Source: a virus
Taxonomy: Duplodnaviria > Heunggongvirae > Uroviricota > Caudoviricetes
Direction: 5' to 3' (one strand)
DNA length: 63,513 nt
IMG/VR virus record: IMGVR_UViG_2585427777_000008
Location: 1-63,513 of that record
This document shows positions 38,238-46,015 of this stretch, in pieces; within the stretch, counting starts at the first letter, position 1; each line of letters begins with the position of its first letter. The notes under the pieces are model-generated. The model was not told where the DNA came from, made no database searches, and saw only the letters and a program-made list of their open reading frames with translations. Position numbers and translations under genes: made by a program.

Positions 38238-38525
38238 TTATTTTGCTTCCTCAGACTCCGCTAACATGAGGATAGCATGGCGGATCATATTCAATTTGCT
38301 GCGATTATGCTTTTTGCTTAACGCATCAAGTACCTGGTACTCGTATTCATTGAAGCCAACACGAATGGATTTAAAATCACGTGGGGCGTCCTTATCGAGC
38401 ACTTTGTTGTCTTCTGGTTGCTCACCCGGCACCAAATCAGCTTTGCTGGCAAAAGCCTCAATTCGGCGTTCAAGATCGAGGTCTTTTACTTCGGGGGCTT
38501 TTACCGATTTACGAGGCTTAATCAC
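38238..38525 (-). CDS. parG: ParG-like centromere-binding protein
   Basis: 95-aa ORF directly downstream of, and overlapping, the ParA-type ATPase gene; basic N-terminus. Confidence 0.55.
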   Translation of the reverse strand: MIKPRKSVKAPEVKDLDLERRIEAFASKADLVPGEQPEDNKVLDKDAPRDFKSIRVGFNEYEYQVLDALSKKHNRSKLNMIRHAILMLAESEEAK

Positions 38526-39159
38526 TTAATAACTCCTTAACCAACATCTGGATTTCACCTTTAGCTTTCCCGTTGTCCATCTCAACAACGCCCTTCCCTT
38601 CAGCCATACAATCGCGGTAAACCTTGCGATCGCGAATGATGGTTTTCAGCAACTTCAGTTGCGGATATTCAGCCAGGTACTCTTTGGCCTCATTGGCTTC
38701 ATTCACAACCGGATTGGATGGGGCCATTGTTAAGACTGCGCACGCCTTAATGCTAGGATTAGGCATCAGATCCAAAGCCTCTTCAAAGACTTCAACAAAA
38801 TGCGCCAGAGTGTCTAAATCTGGCTGAGATGGCCTGAATGGAACAAGCAAAACATCCGCCGCAGTAATACCGGTGCGCATTTCTTTGCTATCACGACCAG
38901 CGGTATCAACAACCACAAATTCATAACGCTTGTCCAGATCAAGAAGTGTTTCACGAATATTCCCAAACTTCTGGACGCAATGAATTACTGGAGAAACCTC
39001 TGCCGCATTACGGTCCGATGCCCAACGGGCAGATGTTCCTTGCTTATCTGCATCAAGTAGAACTACGTCCTTATTTGCGCGGGCAAGCTCCGCACAAATA
39101 TTTACGCTGGTGGTTGATTTGCCACAGCCACCTTTTTGGCTGGCTACCAATATAATCAT
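38518..39159 (-). CDS. parF: ParF-like small ParA partition ATPase
   Basis: Start taken at MIILVASQKGG; deviant Walker A QKGGCGKST; about 213 aa. Confidence 0.8.
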   Translation of the reverse strand: MIILVASQKGGCGKSTTSVNICAELARANKDVVLLDADKQGTSARWASDRNAAEVSPVIHCVQKFGNIRETLLDLDKRYEFVVVDTAGRDSKEMRTGITAADVLLVPFRPSQPDLDTLAHFVEVFEEALDLMPNPSIKACAVLTMAPSNPVVNEANEAKEYLAEYPQLKLLKTIIRDRKVYRDCMAEGKGVVEMDNGKAKGEIQMLVKELLSD

Positions 39160-39194
39160 ATCCGTTCCTCGGTGTGATTTTGGTATCAAAACGG

Positions 39195-39380
39195 TTCCAG
39201 ATAAGAGCCTTTTTGATGCGGGACAGGCTCTATAATGGAGTCATGAATGTTTGGCAAAGTATAACATCAATCAGACCAAATACACCTAATATTGCATCCT
39301 ATTTAACACGAAATCAGCCCCAAATTGGAACCAGATACAAAATTGCACCATAACAGCACCTAACTGGTTCCAGATTAACA
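39195..39380. repeat. centromere-like repeats upstream of parF (GGTTCCAGAT / GGAACCAGAT family)
   Basis: At least three copies of TGG(TT/AA)CCAGAT(A/T)A plus CACCA(A/T)T motifs in the 290-bp parF upstream region. Confidence 0.4.
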
Positions 39381-39401
39381 CCAATTAGACACCATTAATG
39401 C

Positions 39402-39428
39402 ATAAAAAAGGCTGCAATTTGCAGCCTT
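39402..39428 (-). terminator. rho-independent terminator after parR (minus strand)
   Basis: AAGGCTGCA...TGCAGCCTT palindrome preceded on the + strand by an A-run, i.e. followed by a T-run on the minus strand. Confidence 0.5.
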
Positions 39429-39446
39429 AAACCAGCACATCTTCTG

Positions 39447-39791
39447 TCAATCAGGTAGAGAGTCAGCCAGATTGCGCGCCGACGCGCTTTTGGCAACAAC
39501 TTGCTCCTTCACTGGCTCAATGGAGGCAGGGCGCTCCTCAACCGCAGCTGGTAGTTCCAGGAAGGATGCCAGCATTTTTCGGATCAGCTCCGGGTTATTG
39601 TCTTCGGTCAGCAGGGAAGCCAGTAATCCTGGAAGCCTGCTATCGACTTCTCCCAGCGCAAGCCCTGCCAACAATGCGGTTCTTGCCATATCGCTATGTT
39701 TTTTTATCTTCTCGCTAGCCGCCTTTTCATTGGCATAAGCCTCTGGGCGAAGATAAATCATCACTTTCTTACGTTCCTGAGACATGGACAT
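39447..39791 (-). CDS. parR: ParR-like adaptor
   Basis: 114-aa ORF immediately downstream of parM; segment ARTALLAGLALGEVDSRLPGLL parallels ParR/StbB proteins. Confidence 0.55.
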   Translation of the reverse strand: MSMSQERKKVMIYLRPEAYANEKAASEKIKKHSDMARTALLAGLALGEVDSRLPGLLASLLTEDNNPELIRKMLASFLELPAAVEERPASIEPVKEQVVAKSASARNLADSLPD

Positions 39792-39798
39792 TACCTCG

Positions 39799-40779
39799 TT
39801 AACCGATTGCTTTCAGGCCATGAACAAGAGCAAGTTGCGGGTCATCCGCCACGAAGAAACGGTCATCACGAATATTAACTTGCTCGCGAATTGCATCTGC
39901 CACCAGCGGTGCGCCACCACCGATCACCATGACATGCGTATATCCTTTAAAGTCGCCAATCACATCAAGAACGCGGGTACGCAGACGGTCAATGCTTGCG
40001 GCAATGGCCTTTTTCACATCACCAACCGCTGATGGGTCATTGATATTGTCGTTCAGATAATCTTCATCGTGGCGGTTAATAATGAGCTGATCGACATTGT
40101 AATTTGACGTTTCGGTATTGGCTCTGGCAAGTGCTTGCCTTACTTCCCTGGTGACCAGTGATACACCAAGATTCGAATCGCCAAAAACACGGGAAACTGC
40201 CGTCATTTGCCCGGCGACCATTGAAACATCAAGGGTAGTTCCACCCAAATCGACGATAAGAACAGAATGGGCAGGGTTCAGATTGTCGCACAGGCCAATT
40301 CCTGCCGGAATAGACTCCGGGCGTACCGTAACTTTCTTAATCGTGAACACATTGCCTTTATTCAGCGTGACGGGGCGCATAAGGCTGGCTTTCTTGCGCT
40401 CGATGTTATCGAGATTGTATTGCGCGTCGACGTCGTAAAACTCCGCCAGAGGCAGCGTGACCACAATTTCTACTTCCTGCGGCTCAATGCCACTTGTCAG
40501 CAGGGCATGGTGAACAGCCAGGACGTTAAGCGGGCTGTATTGCCATTCCACGTTATTCGTCGGCAGAACATCTGGCGAGATCAAATCATACGAATACTTT
40601 TCGTCGTCAATGACATAGTTAAACGGCTTGCCAGCACCAAATGTTGCTGACCATCCGCGCTTAAAGCTGTTAGGGCTGATGTGAGTGCGAGTTTCCCCGT
40701 CGTGCTCCCACAGCATTTTGATATTGGTTGAACCATCATCGATAAAAATGCGCATCTTCTTGCTCCACTTCTGAGACAC
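39799..40779 (-). CDS. parM: ParM-like actin-type segregation ATPase
   Basis: 326 aa; actin-fold phosphate motifs FIDDGSTNIK and LIVDLGGTTLD, colinear with ParM/StbA. Confidence 0.85.
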   Translation of the reverse strand: MSQKWSKKMRIFIDDGSTNIKMLWEHDGETRTHISPNSFKRGWSATFGAGKPFNYVIDDEKYSYDLISPDVLPTNNVEWQYSPLNVLAVHHALLTSGIEPQEVEIVVTLPLAEFYDVDAQYNLDNIERKKASLMRPVTLNKGNVFTIKKVTVRPESIPAGIGLCDNLNPAHSVLIVDLGGTTLDVSMVAGQMTAVSRVFGDSNLGVSLVTREVRQALARANTETSNYNVDQLIINRHDEDYLNDNINDPSAVGDVKKAIAASIDRLRTRVLDVIGDFKGYTHVMVIGGGAPLVADAIREQVNIRDDRFFVADDPQLALVHGLKAIG

Positions 40780-40780
40780 A

Positions 40781-40936
40781 TTTGAGAATCAAAATGTAAT
40801 TTTAAAAGAGAAGCACCCAAAAATCCACACCAAACGAGATAAAGAAGAGCGATTGTTGAGTTTATTTTGAGAATATCTTAATCACCCACCGAATGATGGT
40901 CTGATAGTGAGATTTATTTGAGAACGAATTGAGAAT
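40781..40936. repeat. parC-like centromere repeats (TTGAGAA(T/C) iterated)
   Basis: At least four copies of TTTGAGAAT/TTGAGAAC in the AT-rich region upstream of parM. Confidence 0.45.
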
Positions 40937-41021
40937 ACAAAAATATTCCGAAATTTAACTCTCCGTTTGAATGACGAAATAACAAAGTGATGACAATAGG
41001 AGGATAACCAGGAGGTGAAGA

Positions 41022-41306
41022 ATGAGCGCAATAGCCACCAGCGACACCCTTTGTTCTGGTCACGGAGGATTTCCGCCGCGACTGGTAGCTGAAACCGTTC
41101 CCTGGTTCACCGTTAACGGTAAGCCAGTTGTTGTAGATGGTGCCATGTTTCCCAGTCACACTGACGGTAACAGTGCACATCCAGGGGCAGCTGTATCGAC
41201 GCGAGTATGGTTTTCGATAGGTGGAAAGGGAGTTGTCTGTGTAGGCGATCCGCTTTCTTGTGGTTCTGTTATCGCCAACGGCGAGGATATTTTTCAGGTT
41301 GCATAA
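41022..41306 (+). CDS. PAAR-like spike-tip protein
   Basis: 94 aa, Gly-rich, with repeated G.P.V.G/VGD...C..GS..V segments typical of PAAR cone proteins. The overlapping minus-strand ORF 40914..41318 is rejected. Confidence 0.55.
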   Translation: MSAIATSDTLCSGHGGFPPRLVAETVPWFTVNGKPVVVDGAMFPSHTDGNSAHPGAAVSTRVWFSIGGKGVVCVGDPLSCGSVIANGEDIFQVA

Positions 41307-42112
41307 TGCTTGATTCAATAGGTGAAGTTAAAGCCTTCAAAATTCTGTCAGATGCCGGTATCTCTACACCAGAATCTATAACCATAAGCCGGGCAGCTTC
41401 TGTAAAAGCCTCATCGCTCGCCAGCGCCATACACGGGATAGTTCACGCCGATAAAACCTATCCTGATTCTGTTTCGGCCTGGACCACTCAATTGCTTGGC
41501 TTTTCTGAACAGCTCAATGAGGCCAGCAAAGCGTCTTCATTACTGGCTGATTCTCTTTCCCCATACACCAAGCCATCAGAATTGTTACAGATGAAGATTG
41601 GCTGGGAATGCTACGCAAAAGGTAACGAGCTGACCCCCATACCTGCTTTCGCCCTTGTTGAGGGAATGGGGAATGTTTCCATTCCGCAATCTCTAACGGA
41701 CGCATTGACGGCGCTAAAACTTGATGCTCTGAAAACCGCCATGAACGCCATTAACGCAAAAATTGAAGCTGCCGGAAGTGCTGGTGGTGGTGAAAGCAAT
41801 GGTGGACAGGGTGGTGCTGGGGGCGCTCAGGCTCCAGTCATTACTCAGGATGAAATTGATGCTTTACGGGAAGCAGTGACAGCCGCCGAAGTTTTACTCT
41901 CCGAAATTAACTCAGCAAGTGAGGGTGTCGTAGCCCTTACAGGTCGCATTAAAACGTCAACCACTCAGGCAACCAAAGGTTTAGAGAACGCTGTCGCCAT
42001 CACGTTAACTGGTTCTCTACTGGATGATGCAGTAATGAGTCCGGCAATCAGTTTAATCATGCCACAAGGCGTTATCGATGCGCTCCAAAAGAACACCAAA
42101 AAGGAATCATAG
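41306..42112 (+). CDS. hypothetical protein (Ala/Ser/Thr-rich; possible virion-associated)
   Basis: Start at the ATG overlapping the PAAR stop (TAATG); 268 aa. Confidence 0.45.
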   Translation: MLDSIGEVKAFKILSDAGISTPESITISRAASVKASSLASAIHGIVHADKTYPDSVSAWTTQLLGFSEQLNEASKASSLLADSLSPYTKPSELLQMKIGWECYAKGNELTPIPAFALVEGMGNVSIPQSLTDALTALKLDALKTAMNAINAKIEAAGSAGGGESNGGQGGAGGAQAPVITQDEIDALREAVTAAEVLLSEINSASEGVVALTGRIKTSTTQATKGLENAVAITLTGSLLDDAVMSPAISLIMPQGVIDALQKNTKKES

Positions 42113-42168
42113 AAACACCACTTAGGCACACAAAAGGATGTAAATTGGTACATGTTTAACACCAAATA

Positions 42169-42642
42169 ATGAACCTGGAGAGGATGGTTTTGAAAAAGAT
42201 AATTTTGATTGTAATTGCGCTTTTAGCCATTTCTGGAATTTACCGAACAACGACGGCAGTTATCGAACACATCAGGTATGTCCGATCGCTTGAAGACTCA
42301 AAATCACAACTGGAAAGCACGAACAACACGCTTTCTACCGCATTACAGTTAAGTGAGAAGGCTCGCTCAGCCATGCTGACCGAAAACGAAAGAATTAAAG
42401 CACTGGAAAAGGAGTACCAGCGCAAAACAGCAGAACTGAATGCCAACCTAATCAAACAACGAGAGGAAAGCCAGAATGAAATCACTCGCCTTGAAAATGC
42501 GTTACGCCGTGCTGGGATTAACGATGTGCGTGTGCCTGATGACGTTATCAGGATGCAGCGGGAACGGGCAAAAGCCATCAACCAGCGTGCCAGTGAAAAT
42601 TACCGTAGAAGCCACCAGCAAGCCGCAGGCAAATCTGATTGA
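42169..42642 (+). CDS. inner-membrane spanin (Rz-like)
   Basis: 157 aa; N-terminal transmembrane helix followed by a long coiled-coil periplasmic region. Confidence 0.55.
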   Translation: MNLERMVLKKIILIVIALLAISGIYRTTTAVIEHIRYVRSLEDSKSQLESTNNTLSTALQLSEKARSAMLTENERIKALEKEYQRKTAELNANLIKQREESQNEITRLENALRRAGINDVRVPDDVIRMQRERAKAINQRASENYRRSHQQAAGKSD

Positions 42643-42808
42643 TTATTCCCCTTGTCTGGTGCCAGAGGACACGCCAGTGCTGTTAAACAAGTATCCAACA
42701 TACACTGAACAGTTATTCAGCACGATCGATGAATGCAACCAACGAAACGCACTGAATAACCAAAGGAATAGGGAGATTTGGGAAGGGAAGGGTAATCACG
42801 GCTCCTGA
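42476..42808 (+). CDS. outer-membrane spanin lipoprotein (Rz1-like), overlapping Rz in another frame
   Basis: Signal-like segment with lipobox LSGC; starts inside the Rz gene in a different frame and extends beyond it. Start codon uncertain. Confidence 0.45.
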   Translation: MKSLALKMRYAVLGLTMCVCLMTLSGCSGNGQKPSTSVPVKITVEATSKPQANLIDYSPCLVPEDTPVLLNKYPTYTEQLFSTIDECNQRNALNNQRNREIWEGKGNHGS

Positions 42809-43254
42809 AGCCAGATATCCTGGCTGTCAGCTTCTTCGAAACCGTGACAGACGTTAAAGTCACTCAAGCGATACTGACGCTGACGGCCTCTATTTCGCTC
42901 ATACCAATGCATATATCCACCAGCAAATGCCAGCGGGCAATCGCTATAGTCTATGTAGCCAATGCCATTCCCCAAACGCGCTTCGCGCGCCCCGGCTTTC
43001 CAGGACAGCAGAAAAGAGTCACGATCTGCCAGCATGACAACAAAATCATCCGGATCGCCTATGCAGTGAAGAATCCCGGCTTTGCACAACTGTTTTAGTG
43101 CTTTCGACTGTCCCAGAATGTCTTCACCGTAATACTGAAAACAATCATCAACAACAGCGGGATAGCCAGCAGGGGGATTCAGGCTGGTTGGTATAGCTGA
43201 CGCGATCGCCAGCATTAAGCGATATTGTGTTTTTGATGGATTCGCGTGACTCAT
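42796..43254 (-). CDS. hypothetical protein
   Basis: 152-aa ORF downstream of the 43273 gene, same strand. Confidence 0.45.
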   Translation of the reverse strand: MSHANPSKTQYRLMLAIASAIPTSLNPPAGYPAVVDDCFQYYGEDILGQSKALKQLCKAGILHCIGDPDDFVVMLADRDSFLLSWKAGAREARLGNGIGYIDYSDCPLAFAGGYMHWYERNRGRQRQYRLSDFNVCHGFEEADSQDIWLQEP

Positions 43255-43272
43255 TTTGCCCCCCCTGTTTAC

Positions 43273-43665
43273 TCATTGTCGCCATGCGTTTTTTAACTCT
43301 GGAATATCTGCCATTTCAATTAACTTTCGCAGTCCAGCACTGACTTTCCCGTTGCCAATCACAGCAAGCCAGTCTCTTACTGCTTTCGGCATATAGAGCG
43401 TAGCGGTTACCGGCTCTTCAACTCTCGCCGGGCATCCACATACAGGCCATTTAATGGATTCCATGACTTCGGAGGCCGGGGTGAGGGCGGGGACATTAAG
43501 AATATCTCTACCAGAAAACTGGATGACGATTCGTTCAGCGAGGGAGAGTATCTCACTTTCAGCAAGAATTGATGCCAGTTGCGCCTCAACAAGAAAGCGG
43601 CTCGTTGTGTTCAGGGAGTGGCTTTTCGCGCCATTTTTATACGAAACAAAGATCCGATACGCCAT
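43273..43665 (-). CDS. hypothetical protein
   Basis: Start moved to MAYRIFVSYKN (43665) so that the operator-like motif at 43679-43690 lies in the promoter, not the coding region. Confidence 0.45.
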   Translation of the reverse strand: MAYRIFVSYKNGAKSHSLNTTSRFLVEAQLASILAESEILSLAERIVIQFSGRDILNVPALTPASEVMESIKWPVCGCPARVEEPVTATLYMPKAVRDWLAVIGNGKVSAGLRKLIEMADIPELKNAWRQ

Positions 43666-43678
43666 AACCGTAATGATT

Positions 43679-43690
43679 TGTGTTAGAAAA
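43679..43690. promoter_or_regulatory. operator-like motif TGTGTTAGAAAA
   Basis: 14 bp upstream of the revised start of the 43273..43665 gene. Confidence 0.4.
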
Positions 43691-43823
43691 TTAAAATTAA
43701 ACCACATAACAACACGTGTGTTAACAGATTTTATTTTACTAATGCTATTGACTAAATCACAAAGTTGGTATTGTTAGCGCGTCAAAAGAACCTTCACGCC
43801 GCGACCGAATTTAGGGCTTAACC

Positions 43824-45521
43824 GTGAATAAAAACATTCAGCCAGCTCGTGATCGCGAGCGCGAGATTATGAATCGGGCGGCAAGCGTCATGGCTATGAC
43901 CGTCGATCCGACCACCGATGCTGCGGGCAATATGATTGCTGATCAGGCAGCGATGATGGAGAACCTGGATAAAGCTATCCAGAAGGAGGCTATGTTTGAA
44001 GGCGTAAATCCAGAGGTTGCACGTCAGATCGCTGGTGGGTGGGCTATGTCTCTGCATGAGTACAAGCGCCAGCATGGTCACTACCCGGCAAGCGATATCC
44101 TGGCAAACGCACACATGGCACTTGAACGCCTGATGACTGAATGTGCCAGCGATACACACGTAGGCACTGGCAAGGCAATGTTTGAGTCTGTCGCGCAATC
44201 AATGCGTAGCTCTGACGGCGTAATGAAAGTTGCTCAATATGCTGCACTAATTCTGCCTGCCTCTCTGGGTGCTGCTACCAGTGATGCCTGTACTTTTGTT
44301 CCTTGTGATCGTGATGAGTCAAATATTTATGAACTGGTCAACGTAGCAGGCACAAAATTCGGCACCTTCGAGCAAGGTGACGAACTGAATATGCAGTCCG
44401 CTGGTGTTTATTCTCAAATGAAGCGCCTGTATACCCTTTCCACGAAAGGGGACGGCAGCACCAAAACTTTCCAGTTCGACATCCAAAATTTTGAGGGGCA
44501 GTCCTGCCCGCTGCGTGCTGGTTATAACAAGCTGCTTATCAACCGCAAACCGTCCAAGGTTGACGACGGTGATGGCAACCTTTATTTCAATGATAAAGAC
44601 TGCAAAGGCAATGCATTCTCAGCTACCGCAAAAGTCGCTTATGACACTGGTGTCATCGACATTACCTTCACTCAAGCGCCAGCAGAAGGGACTGAAATTG
44701 CGGTTCAGGTCGAAATTAACATCGAGCGCAATCCAAGCCTGATTCCGGTAATCAACCAGGCTATGCGTAAGTATGAAGTTCGACCGTCTCAGTACGTAAT
44801 TGCTTCCGAACACACCGTAATGTCCGCTTCCGATTTAAGCCGTGAACACGGCCTTGAATTGGCGGCACTTCAGTTCTCCGCAATGCGGAACTGGATCTCC
44901 CATGAAACCGACATCATGCGTCTGCGCACCCTGGTATTCCATACCGTTTATGGTCGTGAATTTGATGTGGCTCTGCCTGAAGCTCAAAACTATGAGTCCT
45001 GGGTCGGCCTCCTGCGCCACGCAGTAAACGCCCTGTCTCAGGAAATGGCAAACCGCACCCTGACCACAGGTATTCGCGGTGGCTTCGCAGGTGGTGACGC
45101 CGCTAACTTCCTGCGTTCTCTGCCTCCACAGCACTTCCAAATCGCGCCGGGCTACGTTCAGTCACCGTATGTGCAGTACATCGGCACCCTGTTTGGCACG
45201 ATTCGTATTTACGAAGTGCCGCAGCCTGTGTGTGAGCAATTCAAGGCTCAGGGATATGACTTAGGTCTGGATGACATTTATTTCTATGGTCGCGGTGAAG
45301 GCATCGGTAAAGCCGGGCTGATCGCTGGTGATGCGGTCCCAGCAATCCCGTATGTGCACGAAACCAATCCATCTCTCGTTAACCGCACCACTCTCTGGGG
45401 TAGTGCTATCAACGAAGTCCACCCGCGCAACGGTGAGAATTATTTCGCCCGCCTGCGTCTGACTCGTGCCAAAGAAGGTGCAATCGACATGCTGTCCGGG
45501 AAGGTCAACGAAAAAAAGTAA
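43824..45521 (+). CDS. putative major capsid protein precursor
   Basis: 565 aa; charged, helix-prone N-terminal about 100 aa (delta-domain-like), then a long mixed domain; followed by an Ig-like gene and a sheath-like gene. Assignment is by size, architecture and context. Confidence 0.45.
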   Translation: MNKNIQPARDREREIMNRAASVMAMTVDPTTDAAGNMIADQAAMMENLDKAIQKEAMFEGVNPEVARQIAGGWAMSLHEYKRQHGHYPASDILANAHMALERLMTECASDTHVGTGKAMFESVAQSMRSSDGVMKVAQYAALILPASLGAATSDACTFVPCDRDESNIYELVNVAGTKFGTFEQGDELNMQSAGVYSQMKRLYTLSTKGDGSTKTFQFDIQNFEGQSCPLRAGYNKLLINRKPSKVDDGDGNLYFNDKDCKGNAFSATAKVAYDTGVIDITFTQAPAEGTEIAVQVEINIERNPSLIPVINQAMRKYEVRPSQYVIASEHTVMSASDLSREHGLELAALQFSAMRNWISHETDIMRLRTLVFHTVYGREFDVALPEAQNYESWVGLLRHAVNALSQEMANRTLTTGIRGGFAGGDAANFLRSLPPQHFQIAPGYVQSPYVQYIGTLFGTIRIYEVPQPVCEQFKAQGYDLGLDDIYFYGRGEGIGKAGLIAGDAVPAIPYVHETNPSLVNRTTLWGSAINEVHPRNGENYFARLRLTRAKEGAIDMLSGKVNEKK

Positions 45522-45668
45522 TGGTGGCGAACGTGTCGGTATCACCAACGTCAGTTGACGTAAATGAAGGTGAAACTATCGCCGCGAGCACTTCAAAGGC
45601 ACAGAAAAAAACAAAGCAGAAGTAAGGCAAAAACACGCCCCTGAATAAGGGGCGTTCAGGAGAAAAGA

Positions 45669-45947
45669 ATGGCAAACATTCAAGTAACTATCACGCCATC
45701 TGACGCAACAGACAAATCTTTCACTGTTGAGTCCGATCACCCTGAAATTGTCCAGGTTGATGGCACTACATGTACCGCTCTTAAGGCAGGGCAGGCAGTG
45801 CTGACAATCAAAACTAATGACGGCAATAAAACCGCACAGTGCACGGTCACTGTTAGGGAGGCACCTAAAAGCGTAAGCGCCGTCAGTGTTGAACCGACTA
45901 CGAAAGAAGTAACCGTAGGCGACAACTTCACGGTAGGCGAATCCTGA
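45669..45947 (+). CDS. bacterial Ig-like (Big_2-type) domain protein, possible decoration protein
   Basis: 92 aa, Thr/Val-rich beta pattern typical of Ig-like domains; followed by a GC-rich hairpin. Confidence 0.5.
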   Translation: MANIQVTITPSDATDKSFTVESDHPEIVQVDGTTCTALKAGQAVLTIKTNDGNKTAQCTVTVREAPKSVSAVSVEPTTKEVTVGDNFTVGES

Positions 45948-46015
45948 TCAGAGGCTACCCATTAACCGTGGGTAGCCTTGCCTCGTTCTCTCGCTTTAGA
46001 GGATAAGAACACAGC

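Noticed and set aside
40914-41318. Minus-strand 134-aa ORF overlapping the PAAR-like gene
   Set aside because: The plus-strand product has a recognisable PAAR-like Gly-rich pattern and is coupled to the next gene; the minus-strand frame lacks an RBS and any pattern.
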